DNA of 32,000 nucleotides from Mycobacterium leprae TN. GTDB lineage: Bacteria; Actinomycetota; Actinomycetes; Mycobacteriales; Mycobacteriaceae. The notes beneath the pieces are model-generated. The model saw only the letters and a list, made by a program, of their open reading frames with translations, was not told where the DNA came from and did no database searches. Position 1 is the first letter of the stretch. Each line of letters begins with the position of its first letter. The translations under genes and the position numbers were made by a program. Positions 8,658 to 16,621 of the stretch are shown here, one piece after another. Location: NCBI RefSeq assembly GCF_000195855.1, contig NC_002677.1, positions 1,380,001-1,412,000 on the forward strand, read 5' to 3'.

Positions 8658-9470
8658 GTGCGGTTATCGCTGTCCAACATCACCGAGCGGTTGTGCTACG
8701 CAGAGGACAGTGGCTGTGACGGAATAGCGTTCATTGATCATCTCGAGGTTCCCGGGCTCCATGATGAAAACATCTGAAATGTGATGGGAATTACGACCTT
8801 GGTAGCGGTCGGGCCTTAGCGCTGAAGATCGGTCATCTGATGCTATGCGACGCGTTCCGGTATCCGACGGTACTCGCTAAGCACGCTATCATCCTGCCGG
8901 CTGCGTTCGACGGCAAATTCAATTTCAGTCTAGGTTCGTGGTTGTGGTCGGCGGAGTTCGCCAGATTCGATATTATCCAGTAGGACCCGGTGGACCGGGT
9001 CGAGCAATTTCGGAAGCCACCTGGCGCTGACCACGCAGTATTGGGCTGACGGCGACAAGAGTCAGCGTTCCAGACCGGCTCGTCGGATACTGCTGGTTCT
9101 GGGTGGAAGTGGTCTTCTGATGATGTAATTCTTTGTCGGGTAATAGGATTGGTGGAACCTCCAGGAGAATCATATTGCTCGGTTGCCCCGGCTGGCTCAG
9201 GCGACGGGGCGTACTGGATCTCGGTGCAGCAGATAGCGGGCTTTGTTAGGTCAAGTAACTATTCGGCTGCTGTGCATGAGCTGAACACTCGGCTATTCGG
9301 CCACCTGGGCCCGGGACTCGTCTGTGGTGACGCCGGATGAATTGATCGCACACTTCGCGGGCTTGACGATTTATCGGGTGGAGCTTTTCTACGTGTGGTT
9401 TGCCGATTTCGTAGTCGGTTTCGCTGCGCGAGTTCGGTGAATTGGTGATCAAAGCATTCGGCCGAGTGGA
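8658..9470 (+). pseudogene. Luciferase-like monooxygenase (LLM, F420-type) oxidoreductase pseudogene
   Basis: From the GTG at 8658: RLSLSNITERLCYAEDSGCDGIAFIDHL. After a stop and shift: LKIGHLMLCDAFRYPTVLAKHAIILPAAFDGKFNFSLGSWLW (the LGxGxG-type LLM core). A C-terminal fragment reads PDELIAHFAGL..ELFYVWFADF..LREFGELVIKAF. Confidence 0.7.
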
Positions 9471-9588
9471 ACGGCATCGAGTTTCGGTCGGGGCACGGTC
9501 TGTGGCCGAGCGAAGGGGCCGCGCTGTACCGACCGCACTCAGCCGGATCTCCGGCAGTTCCAATGATGAATGGGTCGACGGTGTCTAA

Positions 9589-10305
9589 TTAGGCAACAGC
9601 TTTGGTGACGTTAGACACCTGGATTGCGTCCACCTTGACGGGGACGTCGGTCAGCATCTCGGTTTTACCTGTTCTGGCCGTCACGATGTGGACGTCGATG
9701 CCATTCCGGTCGACTTCGCGCCAATGCCCGGGCGAACGTATTCATGCCGTCTTTGGATGCCGAGTAGGGAGTCCTTTTGGCTGGTATAGGCTCGTGTGCC
9801 GCTGACGACGAGATAAACATCAACCGCGAATCCGCACGCATCAGCGGCAGCGGTCATTACGAAACACAAATCCAGTCTGGCCGAGCCGATTGCCTGCCAT
9901 TGCTCGAGTGTTTGCTTGTGCACGTATGTTTCCCAGCTTATCGGCCTTGTGAAAGATAAGGTCGACCGATTCCAGTGTGTTTATGGCATCAGGTGATTCC
10001 GCTGTATCGGATGCTTAGGTCACGATATGGTGGTTCACGATCTCTACGGAGCGTAGCAAGACTTGACGTCGCTCCGCCAACATCATGTCGTACTTTAGCT
10101 CACATAGCCTGCGAACACATGCTTTCCTGACCCTGTCGTTGCTGTCGGTGAGCAGTGCGGTTCTGGTGTTCAAGGGCGCCGAATATCTTTCGGATGCGAC
10201 AATTCCTGCGGTGAAAGCGCATAGATCCGTTGTTCGTGTCCAGCTTGACGACACATTAGGTCTGGGTGTCGGCCAGCGGTCCGGCGTGCCCGGTCGACGT
10301 CACCT
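9589..10305 (-). pseudogene. Short-chain dehydrogenase/reductase (SDR) pseudogene
   Basis: The N-terminal piece KVTSTGHAGPLA is a degraded TGxxxGIG motif, at about 10300. ORF 9681..9923 contains ..VVSGTRAYTSQKDSLLGIQRRHEYVRPGIGAKSTG, the YxxxK catalytic region in the pattern xxAYxASKxAxxGxxxxLAxExxxxGIRVN. The frame is interrupted several times. Confidence 0.65.
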
Positions 10306-10319
10306 TCGGTGATCGTCTC

Positions 10320-10950
10320 AGCGAACTTGATATGCGTGTTGAGCCCGGCACGGCGCTTCGCCAGCGATGGGTAAGTTCCCCGCGCTGAGCTCTCGTTCGA
10401 CTACTGCCGTTCATGGCTGGTCCACAGCGTCTCTAAGCTGCCTACTACCGCGATGTATGGTGTAGTTGCCGCGGACGATGAGATCGTGGAATCGACACCC
10501 ATTTCAGTGAAGAGCAGGCTGTCTTCGGGGTGCATAGCGATGGAATCATTGATTTTACTTAAGTTTTGGCACTAAGAATATCCTCGCGGTCGTGCTACTG
10601 GGCTGCCAGTGCGGCGCAGGCAGGTTCGAGTTCCTGTAATGCCGCGCCGAGGTCGGCGAGCGCGATTGACTTACTCTGCAGCAGTAAACCAAGCATGTAA
10701 GCGGCGCTGGTCCTGGTTGGTGTGTGCACAACGACGCTGCCACGGTTGCCTCGCCGTAACGAGATTAGCCTCTCAGTGTCCATGATCTGCAGCGCTTCCC
10801 GAAATGAGAGCAAGCTGACGTTTAACGGTTCGACGAGCGCTTCCTGGCGCGGCAACAGGTTGCCGTCGATGATCTGGCAGCACAGCTCGTTCAGCTACGA
10901 TTTCGTCTATCCTCGGTGTCGACAACCGGCGACGGGCGTCGTCACCAAGT
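10320..10950 (-). pseudogene. GntR-family (FadR/FCD-type) regulator pseudogene
   Basis: The minus-strand reading ..LNELCCQIIDGNLLPRQEALVEPLNVSLLSFREALQIMDTERLISLRRGNRGSVVV... matches the GntR winged-HTH pattern (IxxGxLxPGxxLxExxLAxxLGVSRxPVREALxxLxxxGLVxxxxxxGxxV). In-frame stops lie just upstream of this segment, and the C-terminal FCD part is fragmented. Confidence 0.65.
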
Positions 10951-10974
10951 GCTAAGGCGATGATCTGATCCTCG

Positions 10975-11095
10975 CAACTCGATTTAATTTAATGATGTAA
11001 TTTATTACATTTAGTGATTTAATTTTTACGTGGTGACCCGCGGTTCTTGCTTTAGCTAATTTAACAATTATATTGTAAATAGTTGCGTGAGTTGC
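10975..11095. promoter_or_regulatory. AT-rich divergent intergenic region between the GntR and CoA-transferase relics, with operator-like palindromes (probably a fossil)
   Basis: A 16-bp element ATGTAATTTATTACAT (10995-11010; 7-bp perfect arms, 2-bp centre) is flanked by direct repeats GATTTAATTT at 10981-10990 and 11016-11025. A second small palindrome, ACAAT-TAT-ATTGT, lies near 11064. The region is strikingly AT-rich for this genome. Confidence 0.5.
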
Positions 11096-11101
11096 GGGTC
11101 C

Positions 11102-12150
11102 GACATCCGGTCGATCTCGCTTGACTAGTTGTGTATTGTCGAGATCAATGACCTGATTGTCGGCAGTTATTGCAGCAAACTGTTGGTCGACGTTGGCGCA
11201 GAGCTACGTAAAGTCAAACTGTTGCAAGGTGATTTTGTTGTTTCGGTGGCTACCATCCTTGGATAGCCGGGATTTCCCGTTGTTCAGCTATCTCAACGTG
11301 GGCAGGCGCAGAATGACCTGTTGGGTGGATTCCGACCTATACCGCGCCGCACTCGCTGCCCCGAACGTTATAGTGCTCACCGAAAGCTGATCGCGGGCAG
11401 TGGCCCTGGTAATCGATCCGCAGCGGCTGCTAAGCGTCTTTCCGCAGGTGATCATAGTCATGATCTCCGATTTCGGCTGAATCGGTCTGTTCGCTGATCA
11501 CGCGGCAACCGAGTTAATGCTGCAGAGCCTGGGCCTACTCGCCTGCCGATCGATCGGGGAGTATGTGGGCGGCGTGTTAGGTGCACTGGCCGCGCGACGC
11601 CGCCTCGAGTATGGCGATCCGGGTGAGAAATCGCGACCTTGTCCAAACTCGAGGCGATCACGTTGATGCAGAGTAGCAAATAGCTGCATTCCGCAGTTGC
11701 TGCGAGTTCCTCCGGTCCGCCGCTCTCTCGAAGTACCCTACGATCGAACCGACCTGGTACGGCTAAGGTGGGATCACCATGGCCACGAAGTCCAGCCATG
11801 GCTGGACTTCGTGGCCATGGTCGACTGCCCTGAACTTGGCGGTATTCCGTAGCTGCGGTTTCAGATCAGCCGATGGGAATACCGCAACCTGATCAAGGAA
11901 CGGATTGGTCCCTGAATGGCAGAATGAATCATCTAGTAGATCGTCGGCTGGGCTAACTGTTCTGCCTACCGATCTCGGCGCAGGGGTAACGGTTACACTG
12001 CCCGAGAGACGGCCCACCTGATCGACCGCGGGGTGTTGGTTCGTAACCCTCTGGTTTTCACCAGCCGCTCCTGTCATGGTTGAGTCAAGGTGCGTATCTG
12101 CGGTGCTTGTCCGCACCACAGCACGCTGTGCGGGCAAAGAGATATAGCCA
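11102..12150 (+). pseudogene. Family III CoA-transferase (CaiB/BaiF-type) pseudogene
   Basis: Collinear family motifs run across about 1 kb in shifting frames: VEINDLIVGSYCSKLLVDVGAELRKVKLLQGD (the AGPxxxxxLADxGAxVIKVE motif); NVGRRRMTCWVDSDLYRAALAAPNVIVLTES (the NRGKRSxxLDL...ADVxxENF motif); VIIVMISDFG.IGLFADHAATELMLQSLGLL (the ISGFGQxGP... motif); QPWLDFVAMVDCPELGGIP.LRF (the WxxLCxxMGxPELxxDPRF motif); ..ARCAGKEI (the APxLGEHTxEI motif). Confidence 0.65.
11776..11821. repeat. 46-bp perfect palindrome (23-bp arms, no spacer)
   Basis: I verified base by base that ACCATGGCCACGAAGTCCAGCCA|TGGCTGGACTTCGTGGCCATGGT equals its own reverse complement. It contains three CCATGG hexamers (11777, 11796, 11815). 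Both strands encode HGHEVQPWLDFVAMV. Confidence 0.97.
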
Positions 12151-12179
12151 TGGTAAAATGTGGATCTACATGTAAAATG

Positions 12180-13220
12180 GCGGCGCAAAGATTGCATCTC
12201 GAGACAGTTGTCGTTGTCGATTTGGTTACTTTTTGGGTCGGGTCCGTTGCTATCCAGCTTCTCTGCTAGCTGTGTTCGGTGCCGACGTAGTCAAGGTAGA
12301 GTCTATCCAGTGTCTCTATAGGCATTCGCTAATTGGTCGGAATGCACACTGAAGTCGAGAACTGGTGGTAGTACGGTTAAGTATTCCATGCGATGAACTC
12401 AATTCCGTTAAGTTGGGGGAGGATGAATCGACATCAACCTTGATGGTACGCATCCAGTACACTATGATATCGGGGTTCAGTGCAGAACTTCCTCAACGGC
12501 GCTGGGGTGCAATGCTTCCTGATCGCGGTATCGTTTTATCTGGTCGGGATTCGTGGTGAACGCCTGCAGTCCAATAGCCAGTAGTGTGCTTGGCGGTGTT
12601 GCTGCCGGTGAAGGTGAGCACGAAGAAGAATTCTAGTTCGTTGGCGGGAAGACGGAATGGTTTTTCGTCATTCCCGGTGATGACGGCCGATGCCAGCGTC
12701 CGCCAGATGTCGTCGGATGGGTTGCGTCGCTTTTCCGCGGTGAGTTTGAGTGTGTACTCAAAGATGGTGCTGTGGAGATCGATTTCCTTCCGCCGGCTCA
12801 GCCAGGCTTCTGGCGATCGAGCCTTCAGGATTCGGTCAAAGGAATCAAAAATCTGCGGCCGGTTCTTTTCCAGCATGCCGATGCTTGACCGTCACCCAGA
12901 AGTGGTGTTGAGTGGTCACTGTAGCAAGCCGAGCGAAACCGGGTGTGAACTAGCGCCCGGAAAGCGGCCTGTTGCGTCTCAGGTCGGCAAACAAATCATC
13001 AGAAAAACTATTTATAACATAATATCGGATATATTTACTGTGACAGCGGTAATTGCCAGTCTCGATTCGTTGGAGTGTCGCACCACCACGGCGTTGATTT
13101 TCAATATTTGAAATACTAGAAATAGACTCTAGTCGTCGAACCGCTGTCAGTGGGGTGGCCCCGTTTGCGTTCGGTTGTGTGGTATACGGAGTGCACCGTG
13201 ACGTATACTGTTTTGGACTA
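12180..13220 (-). pseudogene. Cytochrome P450 pseudogene (second copy)
   Basis: ORF 12493..12876 reads ..LTAEKRRNPSDDIWRTLASAVITGNDEKPFRLPANELEFFFVLTFTGSNTAKHT, the RRxxPxDDLxSxL motif plus the I-helix region. Downstream, in other frames: PSAVEEVLH* (K-helix ExxR, about 12485-12502), ..TIKVDVD.., and a degraded heme loop near 12290-12330 (QLANAYRDTG). Upstream, ALVHTRFRS (the DPPxHTRxR motif) lies near 12900-12945. Confidence 0.7.
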
Positions 13221-13857
13221 GATTGTTGAGTCGGGCCAAGGATGCGTCAGAACGGAAGTTCGGATCGACCGGTATTGCGTTGTCGACTTACCGGTTCTCG
13301 ACGGGTTGGTTCATCGTCGGATTTTCCTCCGACTTGACCGTCGGAAGAGGAGGATAAGCAAAGATGGCGATGATTTGTCAGGAATAGCGAGTACTCGATG
13401 CGGTGACTGCTCGTGCGGCCATTCTGTATGTGACCGCTCAACAAAATGGTGTATACTTTGACGGCGATCGTGAACACTGGCTCGCCACCTTGCCGCCATT
13501 CCGGTGCTAGCTGCATCCGGAGATGGCGAGTTGTTTCGCGATCTGCGCGCTTCTTTCAACGGCGACGATGGATAGCGATTGGTGACTGTCGATCACGAAA
13601 TCACTGTCGAAGGAGTCCACGCGGTACGATGTTGTGTCGCAGCGCATACGGCGATACGACTCTGCAGGCCACAGGGGTATTTTGGGATTAACTGAATTTA
13701 CGAGCGCGGTGGCTGGTATTTCTCTTGCCGCAATTTTGCCTGGGATGCGGTACCAAGCCGTCATCCGCTCGGTCATGTGCGCAGTACCGCTACGTTGCTT
13801 GACATGAAAGGGATTTAGCGCTGCTATCCATTTCAGTTAGTACCCAAGTATTGGAAG

Positions 13858-13899
13858 CTAGAGTTGTCAGTCACAGAACTAGAGTTGTCTGTCACAGAA
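13858..13899. repeat. 21-bp tandem repeat x2 (CTAGAGTTGTCAGTCACAGAA / CTAGAGTTGTCTGTCACAGAA)
   Basis: Two adjacent 21-mers differ at a single position. They lie in unassigned decayed sequence. Confidence 0.95.
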
Positions 13900-14338
13900 G
13901 GTGTCCACCCCGACCAGGAGTACGGTACTTGGCTCATGGCTGGCCACCTCGACGCTGCCGAGATCGTTCAGTCATTTGCCTTTCTGAGGATATTCAATTA
14001 AGAATCGGCCCGGTGGTACCGATAGTCGCCGGTTTCTATACGATGGTGCTATTTTATCTACAGACCGGTGATTACGGCACCTATAAAGGATTATGGCATA
14101 CCGCAGGCCACCCTGAATGCGGACATACAGCGCAATTTGGCTACCATCGTATGGCTGCCTAGGTCTTGAATATCAAAGCGGAGCCAGAGCTGCGTCGTGG
14201 GCTGTCCACTGCGACGGTGACGAACATTACTTCCTTGTTCCTGCCAAGTTGATCTAGTCGGTATTAGCCGGGCGGGTTGATCCATGCAACTGGACCTGAC
14301 CGTAACATCAACTCGAGCATCGACACCAGTGTGTGCGT

Positions 14339-15090
14339 CTATTTATCACGGGAAGATCGTCTGCTTCGGCCAAAAATACACCTACTCCATATGTTCAGAC
14401 CGGATGGACAATGACCCGGACGTTGCGCTGGGGTGAAGTGATCGAGTAGGTCAGCAGCACCGATGAGCATGTAGACCGGCAATGGTTTCCGAAATATGTG
14501 TGCGGCGTGGAAACCAGGGGAGGCTCGCGGGCTCGGTCTCAAGAATGGCGCGCGATCAATTTCGATAGCGGCGTCTACCCCAGTATTTGGCAGCATTCTA
14601 CCGCACCAACAGTAATGCGTTGCAAGCATTCTCCGGCGTGATGCTGAGATACCCGAACCTAGCTCATGGTATTAAGTAACCGTCTGAATGTGCCGAAGAC
14701 ATCCAGGTCATGGTGAGCAGCTACGTGCGATGGCCAGACGCTGTGCGGCCCTTGGTGTACCCGATTGCGCCGGTTAGATATATGTTCGATTATCATCGGA
14801 TGACTTGCTGCGCACTGCAACTGTGGACATTCTTAGGAGAGTTTTTGGTTGCTGCTCCAGCGCATGGCCTGCCGATCGAATATGTGGACCGTGGGACGCT
14901 GTGGGGCAATCCGGTGAGTGGCTTCGCTTGCTAAGAGCGCTCATTGGCGCTGTATCGGGATTGGGGTCTGATCGATGTGTTGGCTACGACCGTCCCTAAC
15001 GTCGCACTAGCTTACTCAGACCTGAAGATCACAGTGGATCAGGTTGTGCCGTTGTCAGTTTGAGCTCGTTGCTATGCGGTGCGTGAGAGG
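14339..15090 (-). pseudogene. Alpha/beta-hydrolase fold pseudogene
   Basis: Minus-strand fragments in order: VVANTSIRPQSRYS (the VIAxDxRGxGxS motif); LPHSVPRSTYSIGRPCAGAATKNSPKNV (a degraded nucleophile elbow, LVGHSMGGAxA); ORF 14339..14629 with PLPVYMLIGAADLLDHFTP (the PxLxIxGxxDxxxP motif). Frames are broken between the pieces. Confidence 0.45.
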
Positions 15091-15290
15091 TTGATGAAGG
15101 TGGTTCCCAACCAAAAGTACTAGATAGCAAAGATTCTCCACGATCTGCTCTCCATACTATCGGAGGACGGGTCGCCCGACAGAAATACCGGCAGCATCAT
15201 GACGTTCGGATATGATTATGTCAATATGACAAATATGTGACTGGTGGTTTTGACGTGATTCTTTGGTGTTTCTGACATATCCTGTGACAT

Positions 15291-16010
15291 ATGTCGGTTT
15301 CTCGGCGTGACGTCCTTAAATTCGCTACCGTGACACCGGGCCTGTTAGGTCTAGGTGTCGCTGCCGCGGCGTTGTGCGCCGTACCGGCATCGACGGCAGG
15401 TTCACTTGGCACCTTGTTGGACTACGCGGCCGGAGTCATCCCCGCCAGCCAGATCAGGGCCACCGGCGCGGTGGGGGCAATCCGATACGTGTCCGATCCT
15501 CGGGGTACCTGGGCGGTTGGCAAGCCGATTCAGGTCACTGAGGCGCGTGACCTCATCAATAACGGGCTAAAAATTGTTTCCTGCTATCAATATGGCAAGG
15601 GCAATACCGCAGACTGGCTGGGCGGTGCCACTGCCGGCCTCCGGCACGCCCAGCGCGGAGTGCAGTTACACACTGCCGCTGGTGGTCCCGTCAGTGCACC
15701 TATTTACGCTTCGATCGACTCTAATCCCACGTATGAGCAGTACAAACAGCAGGTTGCTCCGTATCTGCGGTCCTGGGAATCGGTGATCGGGCACCAGCGC
15801 ACGGGCGTCTATGCTAATTCGAGGACGATCGCCTGGGCCCTGCAAGACGGCTTGGCCTCGTATTTCTGGCAGCACAACTGGGGCTCCCCTAAGGGCTACA
15901 CTCATCCGGCTGCGAATTTGCACCAGGTCGAGATTGACAGGCGCACCGTTGGTGGGGTTGGGGTTGACGTCAACACAATCCTCAAGCCCCAATTCGGGCA
16001 GTGGGCTTAA
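15291..16010 (+). CDS. Tat-exported Rv2525c-like protein (GH25-like / DUF1906 fold)
   Basis: The 239-aa ORF begins MSVSRRDVLKFATVTPGLLGLGVAAAAL..., a twin-arginine signal (SRRDVLKF) plus a hydrophobic region. The remainder (..GTLLDYAAGVIPASQIRATGAVGAIRYVSD...YFWQHNWGSPKGYTHPAANLHQVEIDRRTVGGVGVDVN..) closely tracks M. tuberculosis Rv2525c as I recall it. Its position directly upstream of fas matches the Rv2525c-Rv2524c synteny. Confidence 0.9.
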   Translation: MSVSRRDVLKFATVTPGLLGLGVAAAALCAVPASTAGSLGTLLDYAAGVIPASQIRATGAVGAIRYVSDPRGTWAVGKPIQVTEARDLINNGLKIVSCYQYGKGNTADWLGGATAGLRHAQRGVQLHTAAGGPVSAPIYASIDSNPTYEQYKQQVAPYLRSWESVIGHQRTGVYANSRTIAWALQDGLASYFWQHNWGSPKGYTHPAANLHQVEIDRRTVGGVGVDVNTILKPQFGQWA

Positions 16011-16147
16011 GCCGGTCTGGGGCTACTGGCGCGTTGAACGGCCTTGCCTGACGCCGGTGCCTGTGCACTCCGGCAAACACTTGTTTTCGTTCGGTGCACG
16101 GGACTGTAGACTTGTAAAGATGCGTGGTGGTACGTACCTCGCCTCTG

Positions 16148-16203
16148 TAGCCTCACTATCAAAAATTATTTATATAAACTAGCCTCACTGTAATTTATAT
16201 AAC
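16148..16203. repeat. AT-rich imperfect tandem direct repeat in the fas upstream region
   Basis: TAGCCTCACTATCAAAAATTATTTATATAAAC (16148-16179) is followed at once by TAGCCTCACTGTAATTTATATAAC (16180-16203). The two share a TAGCCTCACT head and a TTTATATAAC tail, and the first copy has about 8 extra nt. The repeat lies about 420 bp upstream of the fas GTG. Confidence 0.6.
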
Positions 16204-16621
16204 AGTATGAAGTATTCCATAACAATCTTGCCTCGATCAATGCAGTTATAGCTACTTGACCGTAACCACCTACACGCAGGATGTTTGTCCGCAGCATCCG
16301 TGCTCGCGGTTTGACCCGGCGTTACTTACAACATGGCTACCCCTATATAGGATATAGAACTCGCTAGTAACCACTCGGCGTGCAAGAAGGGCACGTTTTT
16401 GTTACACCTTATGTTTTCTCTTATGAAATCCTTGTTGCAGCCGATGCAGTCTGCCGCGCGGCTCGGTCCACGGCCGGTGCACCAAACACACACCGGTCAG
16501 CTGACTTTCGGTCTGCGGTTTAACGTGGAATCGACCGGAAACTGACTGGGCTTCGCACGGCAGTCCAGGCGGCCTGGCGAACAGACACCTTATTAAAGAC
16601 GCACACAGGGAGATATAGAGC

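Noticed and set aside
11763-12197. 144-aa minus-strand ORF. I first read HFTCRSTFYHGYISLPAQR in it as a degraded P450 heme loop.
   Set aside because: The plus strand here carries several collinear family III CoA-transferase motifs. The distance from the P450 K-helix (AVEEVL, about 12490) places the real heme loop near 12290-12330. The ORF is therefore an antisense artefact partly created by the palindrome.
12584-13111. 175-aa plus-strand ORF, the longest in the decayed tract
   Set aside because: It lies antisense to the clearly recognisable P450 fragment at 12493..12876. It has no family resemblance and no convincing start context.
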